Shown piece by piece: positions 12,379-26,497 of a stretch of DNA of 64,000 bases; positions within the stretch are counted from its first letter, which is position 1, and each line of letters starts with the position of its first letter. The notes below the pieces were generated by a model. That model was given only the letters and a program-made list of their open reading frames with translations. It had not been told where the DNA came from and ran no database searches. The translations under genes and the position numbers were made by a program. Origin of the DNA: Octopus vulgaris (taxonomy: Eukaryota); the NCBI GenBank assembly GCA_951406725.2, contig OX597830.1:4278001-4342000 (forward strand), read 5' to 3'.

Positions 12379-12535
12379 TGCTTGGCCTCTATAACCACAA
12401 TAACAGCATGCCTCTTCATTTCTTGATTAAGGTGAAAGTCTGCCATTTTTATCTGAAACAAAGATAATACAGAGTTAGCAGAAAATGCAGCAATGACCCA
12501 AAAAATATATGTCCTCAAATGCCTTACACATCCTG
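12379..12535 (-). mobile_element. 5' end fragment of a Tc1/mariner element
   Basis: Minus strand starts TA|caggatgtgt and encodes MADFHLNQEMKRHAVIVVIEAK, resembling a Tc1/mariner N-terminal HTH start, then breaks off at the SINE. Confidence 0.55.
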
Positions 12536-12540
12536 TATAT

Positions 12541-12595
<55 letters not shown>

Positions 12596-12620
12596 TATAC
12601 ATCTATACATATATATATGA

Positions 12621-12804
12621 TTGATCGCTAGCCTCTAAACCTTTCTTATTTTCTCTCTCTGCTTATTTCTGTGTTCCTTTCTGTCGAAAAGCATAGACTA
12701 GAAACTTAAAAGACTTTCTCACTTCTCAAGCGTTAAACTAATACATCTGTTTATAGTTTGCACACCTGCCTTCGTCTTTTGTTTTTTTTTGTAAATTCCA
12801 ACTA
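12621..12804 (+). mobile_element. Short Penelope-like repeat with degenerate hammerhead-like motif
   Basis: Homologous to 40657-40840 (minus strand); cttt-CTGTCGA-A-aagcatagacta-GAAA-ct-TA-aaag at 12677-12712. Confidence 0.55.
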
Positions 12805-13819
12805 CATACACACACACACACGTAATTGATCTTTTTTATTTGTCATTTTTTTTTGTTGTTTTATTGTTCAGAAACCAAAAATTATGTACTTTAAAATGTG
12901 GTGCATTACAGGGAAGCAATTTTTTGTGTTGTCTCCAGACAATTACTTTAAACAAATTAGATTCAATAAGACAAACTATTAGTAATTTCATAAATATTCA
13001 TACTTACCTTTTACTCCTGATTTTCTGTGCTTTTTGCATCATGAAATTTTATTTTTCATAAATTTTTCATTTTTAAGAGGATTCTTTGACTCTGTTTACT
13101 TATAAATTTCAAAATAAGCATCGTAACTGGCAGGGAAATTTTTTTATAATTCAGGTTTATTTTTGGTATTTGATAAAGTTATTTTCTTCTTTTAGTTTTT
13201 ACACTTTAAGCTGTAATCTTTGAGAGAATATTGATGAAATTATTGTATATGCAGTTTAAGATAAAAACTAATTTTGCTATCAATTTATTTCAGAATAAAC
13301 TCTAAAGAAAATATGAAATAACTAATAATCAAATTCCCATTTTACTCACTGAATATCTCCAAGATTTTACAGGAATGGTTTTGTGATTTTATCTAAAATA
13401 GCCTGGAACCCATAACATTATTGAGAAAAATTATAACTTTTTCCATCGTAATATTTACAAGAAATCATTAACTTTTCCCATGACTGTAATAAAAATTATC
13501 CATTTATTGTAAATATTTTCACTTAGTGAGCTGTTTACTTTAATGCAAAATTTTTATTTTCTGTAATTTTTGGAAGAACTAATGTGTAAAAATTATAAGT
13601 TATTATGTAAAAATATACCATCACTCAACACAAAAATATTGTTTATTTTTTGACAGTGAAAGAGAAATTGTAACCTAAATCAGAGTTTCCAGAAACATAC
13701 CTGGCTTGTATGTTTCAATGTTTTGTTAATACTACAGGCGGTTGACATGGTTTTGTAATGTATACATGCACTAGTGCATGACTTTATTTCATAACAACCA
13801 ATAAACTTAAAAAGGATTT

Positions 13820-13930
13820 TGATGCTGGTACCATGTAAAAATCACCCTGTACACTCTGTAAAGTGGTTGACATTAGGAAGAACGTTCATCCACAGAAACC
13901 AAACCAAAAAAGATGACTGGAGCCTGGTAA
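13820..13930 (+). mobile_element. Family E fragment
   Basis: gctggtaccatgtaaaaatcaccc.gtacactctgtaaagtggttgacattaggaag. Confidence 0.6.
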
Positions 13931-15784
13931 CAGTCATCTTAAAAGGGAAACCTGTACTCTTAAACTCTATCAAAACAACTATTTGTTTCTTCTGTTGGAC
14001 TTGCTAAGATGTCTTGCAAAGTCTATACAAATGTCACTGGGGAAATCTTATTAAATATAAACAGAAAGAAATTGCAAGTGATGTGTGACAGCTGGGTCCA
14101 CTTCATCCATCTTTGCTCTAGCTTACTAGATTTCAAGCGTAATACATTGTCTCACCTCATATAATATACTGGGCATGGTAGGGTTCAGCTCTAGACAGAG
14201 CTATAGAACACTTGAAACAATTAGGGTTAAGTCTTGAAGTAAAACTAGTGTTAAACTGAGAACCTTAATGTGGTGTGAAACCATGAGACTGATTAAGTCC
14301 AACAACGGTGAACACTTATGTCCATCCACAATGGTTTCTGTCAACTCACTATCTATCATATGGCTTGAGTCAACTTGAGTCAACTTGTTTTGGCTCATAA
14401 AAAACTTGGTTCAACTTCAGCAGGGAATTGAACTCGCATCAGATAAGTTTCACCTTCAAAGACATGTTCAGTCTAAGGTTATAGAATCAAATCCAGAATT
14501 CTGTGATTCTAAAACAAATTTGTTCACCACATAGGCGTAACTTTCTCTATTTGAATTGGTGGATTGCATCTGAGCCGTTTGACTAATTATCTACCAGCCT
14601 ACTTACTGAATCAGAACTGACCTGATTGATCTGATTGAGACTAATGACTTCCTTCCTTCCTATCTATACAAAACAATTCCTCTCATGTGCATTATGTCCA
14701 TGTATTTCATCAAACCAATAAACTGCAACAGCCAAAATTAAACTCAAATCTAGAACAAAATAAAAAGATCTGAACGGTAAGATGCTCTCAAAGAAATTTA
14801 TCTTCCATTTACTGGAACCCTTAGATGTATCTGTGTAGAATAATTAACAAACACAACCAGTGAATATTCTAATATTGTATCTTAAAATATACTTGATAGA
14901 CTCATCGCCATTTTTTCTTCCTAACAAGGAAATATAGATTAATAATTAGCTGACATCAATAAAATAACAGATTTATTTTTCTTTTCCTTTTAGTTTTTAA
15001 AATCCTTTTATGAGCTGCGATTTATAGAGCCTCAGCAGACAGACGTATTTTTAGAAATAATTTTTTTCTTTCTCTCTCTCATTTATAACATTCATATTTC
15101 ATAATTGTGATTATTATATCAATATATTCCAAACTACTTGGTCGGCAGTGAAAAGATTGTTGAACTCAATGCTGGAAATCAGATTTGTTATTGATGCCAT
15201 CAACTTTTATTGCAGCCAATCAACGAAGGAAAAAAATATTTTAAAAAATAAACTAACATAAAACTGCAGCACAAAGACTGTATTTACTATTCTATTAACA
15301 ACAACAACACCAAAAAACAGAGAAAGTTGAGAAGGAAGTTAAAAGCATTTGGCTAAAAATTACAAGTTTAACGCAGGTAATTTTAGATCTTGTGCAAATC
15401 AAAGATAATTTATTTTTCATATCTATAGATGAAAACTATTTGAAGTTTCTTGTTTAAGTAAGTGAAGTGCTGACAGGGAGAAATGTATCAAAGACAGGAG
15501 AGAGAATTACAAAGATTGGTACGAGAGGCAAATGAGTCCAGTTATGTCCAGTCATGTGTTCATTGGTCAACTTAGAATGTCAGGTGACTAAATGCTTATA
15601 CACCATTGTGCTATCGCCTATACTACTACACATACATTGCAGCATCACGTATATACTATTACATATACATTGTTACACACACACAAGTAATGGTGCATAG
15701 ACAAGCTTACGCACACACACACACTCCACTAATTAGAAGCTACTACACACAACTACACATACACACACACACACACATTGATAG

Positions 15785-15968
15785 GAAAAGATGTGCGAAC
15801 TTTTGTGTAGTTGCTCTACCTTCTAAACATAACAGCCAAATGCCTCTCAAATCCTTTTCTGAAGGATATATTGTAATCCCTGATATAATCTGATTGCTTG
15901 GTCATGGCTGAAATCTCTTTCATTATAGGCTTGTTCGCTCAGAGCTAACCTGGGGCTTTAATAACAAT
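15785..15968 (+). mobile_element. SINE-like family D fragment
   Basis: ctaaacataacagccaaat...gtcatggctgaaat...agctaacctggggct plus (aac) tail; related to 25402-25560, 43148-43350, 61400-61725. Confidence 0.5.
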
Positions 15969-16143
15969 TTGCTGCAAAACCCCACTATGCATACAACATC
16001 ACTCCCTATTCACACACTGTTATACATACATCACTACTATACATCATGCTCCACAGGCAACAACATCAAACAACCCACTGCAAATACATCACTGTGTAAT
16101 TTATACATACATATTTATAAAACACGACTATATGCTCTGCAAG

Positions 16144-16187
<44 letters not shown>

Positions 16188-17401
16188 CATCTCTCTACAC
16201 CACTAACAAACCACTATACTGACCAAAGAGGCTAAAAATGAATAGTTATGAAAACATGAAACCAACTACTAATGTACAATTAGTGTATTTAGAAGACAGT
16301 GTGTTTATGTGTGTGTGAGTGTGTGCTTATGTGTGTGTTTATGTGTGTGAGATCAGTCCAAAGCCTTCTAAAATAGCTGTTGTTCAGCTCCATTATTTGT
16401 TTCTCTGAACAGAAACATTGTTTAACCCCAGTACCCTATCTCAGTGAAGTCCTACCATCTTTGGTGCCGTGTTTATCTTTTGCACTTTATCATTCCCATC
16501 ATTTACTTTTTGTTATTCTTCACAGTTACTTTGCTAAACAATGAACACACATAAGCACTGTGAGAACTTAAACCTCTGGAGTCACAATACCAAAATTACT
16601 TGCAAGAATATACCACCATTAATTCTAAGATATTCTTGCAAACTAATATTTTACCTTTCCTCTATCTTATTTCATGAAATAAAACATATCTGGGAATAAT
16701 TATTATCTACTTTGCATAATATTTCAATAGCTTCAGTCTTGAAAGAATATTGTTATACAAAGACTAGTTTTCATAGCATTTATATAACAAAGCAACTTTC
16801 ATTCACGTATTCTCTTTTATACATTTAACATTGATAAGTGAGTTGCTGTAAAACTTTCTGCTATTTTGTACAAAAGCAACAAATTTTTTGCTTAACATTG
16901 GCATTTACTAACCTAAAGATTTAGTATTGGAAAGCATCTTAACAACGTTTACTTAAAAGGCTTTGGGCTTTATTCTAGATGCAAAATACTTTATTGATAT
17001 CATTAGTTTGTTTATGTGAGCATTATCTTGCAGCACAATGCCTGTGTTTCGGTCTTCATATCTTAAAGATTAACAGCAAATAATTATACCTCATAAATTT
17101 AGTCTTTCTTAATAAATCATATTTTATATTCAATCTCAACACAAACAGTTTATTGAACTTACCCAAAGCTTTAAAATGCTGGATTTTTTTTTTATATCCT
17201 TTTAAAACTATTTTCTAAGGAAAAGAAATGGAAGGGAGTACAAACCATTTCTCCTTAACAATAAAGTAACAGCTGAGGCGTGAGTGACTCTATCTGGTGT
17301 TGAGGATTCTTGATTCTCCCTTCTTCCAAAATAGGGACAGATATTTGTAAATATGTATCCCCCTCTCTTCCTCTCTCTCACTCTTTATGTACGTATATAT
17401 A

Positions 17402-18649
17402 CAGGGGCTAGACAAAATAATGGAAACACCTTAAAATTTCAAACAAATTTATTTTAATATTGGGTAGGACTGCCTTTGGCAGTAATTACAGCATGAATTC
17501 TATGAGCTATGGACTTGTACAAAGTTTGAATTGTTTCCAAAAAGGAATATTTGTCCAATCTTCAGCTAAAACAGTCTCCAGTTCTTATAGTGGAGGATAT
17601 CAACTCCTTATTTGTTTTTCTAAAATGCACCATAAATATTCAATAATATTGAGATCTGGAGACTGTGGTGGCCAGATAAGATGTTCAACTTTACTAGAAT
17701 GTTCCTTGTGCCATTCAGTAACAACTTTAGCTTTGTGAATTGGTGCATTACCATCCTGAAAGATTGTGTTTCCCACCAGAAACAGTTCCACAAACATGGG
17801 ATGAATTTGACTAGATAAAATGCTTAAATAGTCTTGACTATCAATTCTGCCATGAAGGGAAACCATTGAGCTGGCAGATTTCCAAGATATAGACCCCTGC
17901 CACGATCATCACAGATCCTCCTCCATGTTTAACAGTTGGAAGAAGGCAGTCTGGGTCAAAAGCTTCATTTGGCTGTCTCCACACATATATTTGGCCTGTG
18001 GTCAGAAATAAGGTAAAGGATGACTTGTCCGAGAAAATAACATTCATCCACTGCTCTAGGGACCAATTCTGTAGGTTTTTACTCCTCTCTAAATGCTTTG
18101 CAACATTTGTTTGAAAGTAGTGGTTTTCTGATTGCAGCTCTCCTGTGAAATCTGACTTTGTGCAGCTCCTGGCGAACAGTTTTCTCAAGGTGGTCATTAA
18201 TCTCTGCAGTAATTTTGGGAGCTGTACTTTTGTGATCCTTTCTAACAATTTGCATAAGAGTCTGACAGTCCCTATCTGAAAGTTTTGGTTTTCTTCTGTA
18301 GTTTTGTTTCAATGAGGAGGTTTTTCCCTCTTTCTCAAAGCTGTCATTACTTTTGAGACAGTACTTCTTGATACACCAAGCATTTCGGCTGTTTTCATTA
18401 CGCTAGCATCTACTATATGAGCACCATCAATTTGACTTCTTTGAAAGTCCAATAGCTGTCATTTCAATGGATTTTAATTACCTTTTTCTGATATCTGAAA
18501 AGAAACGGCAATTTTAGCAAAACATATTAAGCAACACTAATAATAAATCAAAAAACATAAAAATCAAACAGGCTTTTGACGGTTTTATAGATATTTCAAA
18601 ATTATGATGCTATGATGCTAGGTGTTTCCATTATTTTGTCCAACCTCTG
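17402..18649 (-). mobile_element. Full-length Tc1-superfamily DNA transposon (DD36E/Incomer-like), 1248 bp
   Basis: 30-bp TIRs at 17402-17431 (caggggctagacaaaataatggaaacacct) and 18620-18649 with 3 mismatches; TA at the left flank, AA at the right; internal transposase. Confidence 0.95.
17454..18462 (-). pseudogene. Frameshifted Tc1-like transposase
   Basis: Fragments in several frames: GRK-like RRKPKLSDRD, VIFSD(K)S, TVKHGGGSVM, IFQDGNAPIH, WPPQSPDLNIIEYLW, C-terminal AVITAKGSPTQY*; ATG at 18462; multiple frameshifts; second catalytic Asp appears mutated to Gly. Confidence 0.92.
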
Positions 18650-21600
18650 AATACGTGTATGTTTGCATGTACAATATGTGTGTATGTCAGTATCATAAAT
18701 AAATTATATTCTTTTACCGATAAAGTTCAATTCATTCAGAATAGATAAAAACAGAAAGATTTCACAGATGTTTCGTAATTTCATTATAAACTCTACAGCT
18801 GTTTCAACTATAAAAAACAAAAACAAATATCTCCAGGAGATAAACTGAAATACTATATACTCCAGGGCTCTCTTCAGTCTGGGCTGGCCATAGATTTCTG
18901 TACTTATGAAGTTCTTCTGGCAGTTTCCTATGCATGTAAGTTTCGTCATTCCATGCCACTGATGCTATCCAAGGGGAAGGGAATTCCAATATCACAACAG
19001 TGTTGCTGAAGGCATTGGAGTTTGAATTCAGAGAGCTGAGTCAGATACAGACACAATAAGACATGTTTTGCATTAATTTAACACACTTTCCTTCGCCTCC
19101 CCACTCCACAACCATTAAAAGAATGAAAGGTCAAGTTGGTCTTAGTGAGATATGTATATCTTAATACACCTCAATGAGATCCTCAACAAAATATCCCTGA
19201 TAGTTTCCCAGCATAGACCCAATGGTAATTATCCAGTAAAGTACTACACCACATCCCCTGCCACCATCACAAGACGTTGCTTTGCCACATCAGTTACACC
19301 AATTAGTGACGTGTATCAAAGACCTCAGAATCTAAAAAGAATTCTAATAATGTTTCAAAAATTGTAAAGTTTAGCTGATTATTTCCCAAAGTTGGTACAA
19401 AAGTTAAAGAATGAAGATGGAATTTGCTTTCAATTATATATGTTCTACAATGGCTAGCAGCACCTTTCTCAAATGACATCCAACAAGAATCGATAGATAC
19501 TTCTGTATCCATACATTAAAAATGAATCATCCTTATCTTATTACCTCTACTTTCCTTGCTGACATGGGTTGGATAGATCGTCATGATCCAAGTCAGTTCT
19601 TATCACTGCACATGTAGGTGTGCATGCATGCTTACTACATATATATATATAATGCTCCAACCCCTAGCACTTGGAGCAGCTGCTTAGGATGTGCTCAAGG
19701 GTCACTGTCTTAGAATACAAAGGACACACGTTTTCACTAAGCCTTATATAAATCAGTGAGATGAGATTGGGAGGACATCATAGAGACCATGAATCAGAAC
19801 TTGGATCCTCTGTGTGGGTTCCACATACAAGTGTTCCACCTGGTGATATTTCACTCCATTGCCTGCTCCTATTTCAAGCAGGATCTATATTCCTGCATTG
19901 CTCATTCTTCTCCCACTGTTTCTTACATCGCCTCCTACTTCTTCTTCTTCCCCTCTGTCATAGTCACTTGTAGCATTTTCAAATCTAGTTCTGTCCTCTT
20001 TCACACTCACAAGTGCCTGTGTGTTTCAGTTATTCCACTGCTTACTGGATTGCCTTCCACTTCTTCATTCTCACCGTAATCCCTGCACGAAGCACTTTGG
20101 TGACCCCCCCACCCCTGATTAGAAATACATAGGACCACACTCTCCAGGTTTGAGCTTGCAATATATAAATCCATTGTCCAACATGTTCACTCAGCCATTG
20201 TACTTCCACAAATCTTCAATGAGTTTTGAACTGTAACACTTCTGATTTGCTTACAGTTTTGAATATATTATTTCAAAAGTTAATTTGAAAATTAGATTTC
20301 AACTCACTAATTTGAATTAAGATATTTTTTGACATTGAAATATATAAAGAATAATTTTTAACTGCTGCTAATTTGTTATCATTTGCTCACTTTTAAACAA
20401 ACTCATTAGTGACTAATATTGCTGTAGTTATGTAATTAAATAAGCAAAAATTGTTTTTCAATTTCCAAAGAAAACAGTTCTTGATAAAGCAACAACATAT
20501 TATTTATCTTTGAAATAAATAAACAAAGTAAGACTTCACAACAATTCTTTAAAGTTTTCTATTTTCTATGATCTAATATTTTATTTCAAAAATAAACTCA
20601 AAGAATGGGAAAGAATTATAATATTTCATATGTAAATCACTAGCTTTTGGAGTTTATTCAATTATATTGGTCATGACTTATGGACTACTGGCTACTATCT
20701 TTGATTGAAAACTAAAACCATCTCTTTTTCAAGTTTAACTACATAGGTGTTTGATCTTCAAACTTTAAAACTTGTTTATATTAATTCTCTTCGCAATTAA
20801 CTTTATTTTTGTTTTGTTTTATTTTGGTAATAATAAGCTTATAAAGATATTCTGTTTTGTTCCTTTTCTAAAATAATGGAGAATGGTTATAGAATTCTTA
20901 GATTCTTTTAGAAAATTTATATAAATTCTGGTATTCCACATTTAAAACTCAAAATAACAGAGCTTTTAAAATAATTCTTTTAAAGTAATTCTTTTCAGCT
21001 CTGTTTACAAAATTTGGATTGTTTCTTTTTAAAAGCATCGACACATCTACATCAGTGATTCCAAGATTGCGAACAATAATGGTTGTCTCAGTTCTTTGAA
21101 TTAGCATTTTATTTGATAGCTCAGATCCTACTGAACTCTATGGTTTACAACATTTTATTCCTTTTCTAAATGTTCAGTAATTCCCAAGTCTTGTCTTAAT
21201 TCTTTTAATGATTCACTTCCAGCTGATTGTTTTATTGATTAATTATTGAATATTAAATGAATCACTTTAGAATTACATGAAAGATGCAGGTGGTTTGTTA
21301 GTAATGACTTTCAGTGACAATTGTAAATGTGTTAGTTATGTATATGGAAGTAATAGTGTCTATTTGCAACACTGACAATGAATTCATTATTCTGTTCTCA
21401 GATCAGTGTGTCTACAGTGAGAAGATGTGTGTTGGTACCAATATATACATAGAAACTGCTGCTTGTATATATGTATGTACCAAATTTATATGTGGGTGTG
21501 TTGTGATAAATAAATTCTAATGATGTGCGTTTATAGAAATTCATTTTCATGTAATCCTTGCCAGAGTAAAAGAGAAAATGAACAAAAGAAATATAAAGCT

Positions 21601-22058
21601 GTGTACATTATGGATAGCCAAAAGGACAATAATCATAAGTGCCATATATAAAGATAATAAAAGAACAGTAGAGACAATTTTGTAATATTTTATTTAAATG
21701 CAGTTCAAATTAACTGACGAGTAATTTATAATGAAAAGAGGATACTTCAGTGATCAGGGGGTTGTCAATTGCTTGGTTATGGCTGCTAGTTCATCATCAT
21801 CATCATCATCATTGTCATTGTTGTTGTCATCATCATCTTTTAACGTATTTCTTCCATGCTGGAATGGATTCATTGATCCAACAGGATCCAATGGGTTAGA
21901 GAACTGCGTCATCCTCCAATGTCAGTTTTTGTGTGAATTTTATGGCTGGATGCAGTATATGAAACTAGAAAATAAAGAATACACTTTCTAGATTTCTATC
22001 ATAAAATACTTTCTGTGAATATAACACAAAAGTTCACCAAGTGATATTTGTTTGAAAA

Positions 22059-22381
22059 CAGGCTGGGCCAAAACTCACCCAGAAGCTAAGAGGCTATTAT
22101 TTCTGACTTTCATCATTAATTTTGAACAATAAATAGAAATTTATTTTACTCAAAAATAAAAAATAAAAACATTGGGTACACAGAACCCTCCATTTGTGAA
22201 GTTGGGTCCCTTTTTTGAGTAAGTTCTATGAAAGTTTACGAAACAATGGGTTTCAGACTCCAAATTTCTGCTGTGGATGGTTCCTTGGACGATTGCTGTG
22301 CACAGGCTTCTTCAAGAATCCTCACAAGAATAAATCAGAAGCATTGGATTTTAAATCTGAGTGACTTTTGGATCCACTCTG
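22059..22381 (-). mobile_element. Internally deleted mariner-like element
   Basis: Imperfect TIRs caggctgggccaaaactcac / gtgacttttggatccactctg|TA; minus strand retains a decayed SPDLNP-DxFLWGFLK-like motif (gatttattcttgtgaggattcttgaag). Confidence 0.5.
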
Positions 22382-23356
22382 TATAAAGAAAAATGCCATT
22401 AATAGAATAACTTTGTTATTACAAAGCTATATTTTAGATTAGGCAATGCAGAGTTGATGGACATGGAAGAAAATCGGTTTCTCACAAATCCTTCCACTAA
22501 CTCGACAGAAAAACTAAACATTGAGTTTCTATCATTGTTTAGCATTATTAAATGTAAATTGATGACCCAACTATCATCTTTCCTCCATCAACCATTCTCT
22601 TCAGATTACAGATATTTTGTCTTTAGCATAACCTGCTGCCTTGGTCTCACCTTAGTTTCACTTAAACATCATATCCTCTCTCCCTCTCTCTGTCTGATAA
22701 AGTTCATTTGATGAATGAATCTATTTCTTCTGTCTCTATAAATTTCTTCCAACAAACCTACTCAAAAGAGTCAGCATAGAGGTTAAAGACAATGCACGGG
22801 TCAGGGCTTATTCTTCTCCTTCTTCACCAAAATATTCCTTTTCAAAGAAGTGAAAAGGTCTCCTAAAAGGAATTACAGTCAATCCCCTCTACACCTAGAT
22901 TCTTCAATGTGCTTCCAATGGTCACCTATCTGCCGCCGCCTTTCATTGCCATCCAATCTTATATTCCTCTCTCACCCTCGCAGACTCAATCATATTTGTT
23001 AAGACTCCACCCACACAATACATTAACTTCTTTCTAAAAAGGTGATGTTGGCAGTTTTATACAAACCCCATCCTCACCTCCATTCATCTCTCTAACCTCC
23101 ACATCAACACCAAAAGCATTTATTTTCTCTGGATCAAAATCTCTCTTCTCCTCCATTTCTGTAAGTTCCCCCCTCTATGCCACTCATCTACCTCCTCCCA
23201 ACACCCAAGTTGAATTTACTATCCTTCCTCCTCCCCCTCTCCATCACTAATCAATCTGTTTCGGTCATTAAAGAGTCGTACTTGTTGATAATAACAACAA
23301 TATTTGCTGTCCATTTTATTTCCAACAGAGAGCGCACACACACACACACACACATA

Positions 23357-23397
<41 letters not shown>

Positions 23398-23761
23398 ACT
23401 CTCCCCAAACTTCCTGTGTTCCTTTCTTTTGCTCCCTACCATGTACAAATGATTTCTTAGTGGAAAACCTCTTTTGATGACTTCTACACAGTTAGGTGAA
23501 TGCCTTTCATGGAGTGCCTCTTGTGTGTGTATGTAGGCATGTGTATACATGATATTATACATGATATTACATGTAAACGTAGAGTACACAAAACAATTAT
23601 CTCCTTCTCTCTCTGTCTCTCTCTCTCTCTCTGTCTCTCTCTCTCTGTCTCTCCCTTTCTCTCTCTGTCTCTTTCTTTCTTTCTATTTCTAATGCTGATC
23701 TTACAGGAGCCATCCAAGCAATTCACAGCTGAACTTTCTGAAGTCTAAGCTGAAGTTGTGA

Positions 23762-24058
23762 TGGTGCACTGCTTATCGGTTAGGCTATTCAGCCTACGAC
23801 TGTAAGCTCATGGGTTCAATTCTCTGAGTAAAACATTTTATTTCACATTGTTGTTGTCCACTCAGTTGTCAAAAATAAGTTGCACTTGTATTTCAAAGGG
23901 CCACCGTTGTCACATTCTGTGCCACATTGAATCTCCCCGAGAAGTATGTTGTCATGCATGTCTCTGGCATTCACAGCCACATTAATTCCATGAGCAGGTT
24001 GTTCCATTGATAAGATCAACTGGAACCATTATTATCGTAACTGGCAGAGGACCAGTTT
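23762..24058 (+). mobile_element. CORE-type SINE family C2, uninterrupted and diverged
   Basis: B-box-like ggttcaattc, ttttatttcacattg...gtccactcagttgtcaaaaataag, then ttcaaagggcc...gagcaggttgttccattgataagatcaactgg. Confidence 0.7.
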
Positions 24059-25859
24059 AAGCTGAAGTAAAAGGACAAAACTATTCAAAGCATCAAAAAC
24101 GCCAGCATCATTTCTACTGATTCACTTTCATTGATGATATTTCTTCCAATATGGAAATTTATTCCTTAAAAGTTTGGCAAAAGTAGTTTTTGAACAAAAC
24201 ACTTGAAAAGTAAACAGTCTCATTTCTGGCTTTGGTTTCCCTTCAGTCCTCTCAAAATGAATCAAAAGTACACATATTTTACAAAGCCTAAATCAAAGAA
24301 GACACTTCCCTCCCCAAAACATAATAAAAGCACTGTGCCTCCTTCCCTGACAAAAATATTAGTTATATTTTATATTTTCATTGCCTTTTTTTTGCCAATT
24401 GGCAGCCCTTTCCTCCATAAATTTCCAGTAATTCAAATGATTTTGCTGCAGTAATGTAGTTTTAAAACTGGTTTCCTTTCACAGGATTTGTCATTTAAGC
24501 CATTAATCACAACAGTCTGTATCATTGACAACTGTTGGGTGTAATAGTAAGTTGTGTAACAGTCTTAATTACTAGATAATTGCTATTTGGTTAGTTCTTA
24601 GGTATAAGCTGAGGCCCAACAATTTGGCATCTTTATTTCAAGATTGTGTTGTGAACAGCAACAAGTTGCACTCTATTTATTCTGGTTTGTGCAGCCATGA
24701 CATTTTACAATTCCATTGTTTGTAATTTTATCAGCTTTGTCAATTGTCTCGGTTAGTTTGTTGTGTGGTACATTTCCACTCCAAATCTTGACTGTTTTGA
24801 TTATAAATCTACTTATTTACAAGCATCAACTACATGAAATAATAGCTAATCAGTGATGCTATCTGAGCTGGGCCACTAAACTATCAGTTTCCAGATATTT
24901 CACTATAATTATGATCATGATCAGCATGACAGTAATGAGCCTGAAAATCACACAGAAAATTGGCATATTTTCAACTTGATGTTTACTTGAAACTCTATCT
25001 TTGCTGCTGCCATGTTCTACCTCTCTTCCATCTCGAACCATTATTCAATTGAGATTCTATTAATGTTTCATTCTTTTTTTTTCTAAGTATAATGATAATG
25101 TATTCTATATCAATGAAAATTAGTAACGATATATAATATGAACTTTGACATTTAAAAGTTCTGCCTAAAATTGAATTTCTTTATAAAAGACCTTAATACA
25201 AATATGAGTAGCTTATATTCTTGGCAATAGATCAATGTTTTGGCGTCGGAGAAAACGAGTGATACTGTGCTTTATTTCAGTCTATAGAACTCTAATTATT
25301 ATCTGAAGAGTTCTCTGTTCCCATTTGGCACCACAATCTGTGTCAGAATGTACGACAGGCAAATCTGGAGGTGATCTACAATGGTCGGCACATTAATGTT
25401 ATTGCTGTTGTTTATTTCGCTGTCAGTCTTGACTGAAACAATCAAAGATATTCCTTCCATGACCATGCCATCTTATTTTCTCAAGCATCATATATCTATG
25501 GTAACACTGTTGGGGGTGATTTCAGGAGGATGTGTTTGTTATTTCTAACATACATACAGGTTCCCCTATTGACTCCTGACCATGTTAGCCATGAGTTCAA
25601 AACTGACCACTGCAATTATTGAATTGCGTCTCTGGGTCAGGCTTACAACTCAAAGTGGATAGATTATAATTGATATAATGAGAACAGATTAGGCTGAGTG
25701 GTTAAAAAGGTCACTGTGCTACCATGTGGTTTCAGGATCAGTTTTAGCATGCAGCACCTTAAGCAGTCATCTACCAAAGATTTGAGTTGACCATTACCTT
25801 GTAATTGGAATTTGGTAAACAGAAACCTTTGCTCTGTGTGTGTGTGTGTGTGTGTGTGA

Positions 25860-25899
<40 letters not shown>

Positions 25900-26289
25900 A
25901 AAAAACTGAGTAGCAGAGTAAATTCCCTCTGGTGCCATTTCCTTCCTGAGGGCAGTTAACTCCCCAAAGGTAAACTCAGCCATTCAATAAATAGAAATCA
26001 ATAATAATATAAAGATCAGACTAATCCCCATGGGGGTAGGGAAGTTATGTATTTGACTAAAATCATCCTTAAAGACTGTGGCCCCACCATGGCTGGTACC
26101 AAAGGACTAAAACAAGGATTTAGGATTTAACATCTCTGAAAGTAACTTGATGAATTTATTCCCAACAATTTCAATTGTGATTTATTCTAAAATGTATCTA
26201 AATATTGCTGGTGGTTTTCCCACTTGAAACGGAATGATAGGAGGAGATTCAATGTGTCTGACATACAACCTGATAAGGAAATGAAACAG

Positions 26290-26441
26290 TGTTAGCTGTA
26301 TGGTTAAACAGTTCCCTTCCTAACCGTGTGGTTCCCAGTTCAATTCCACCTCGTGGCACTTTAGACAAATATCTTCTCTTGTAGTGCCAGACTGAACCAA
26401 ACTTTGTGAATGGATTTGGTTGAAAGCAGCAGAAAGAAACC

Positions 26442-26497
<56 letters not shown>

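Noticed and set aside
19690-20240. Possible old LINE remnants (also ~22760-23250 and ~61270-61380)
   Set aside because: Composition is suggestive but I could not read a diagnostic RT or endonuclease motif
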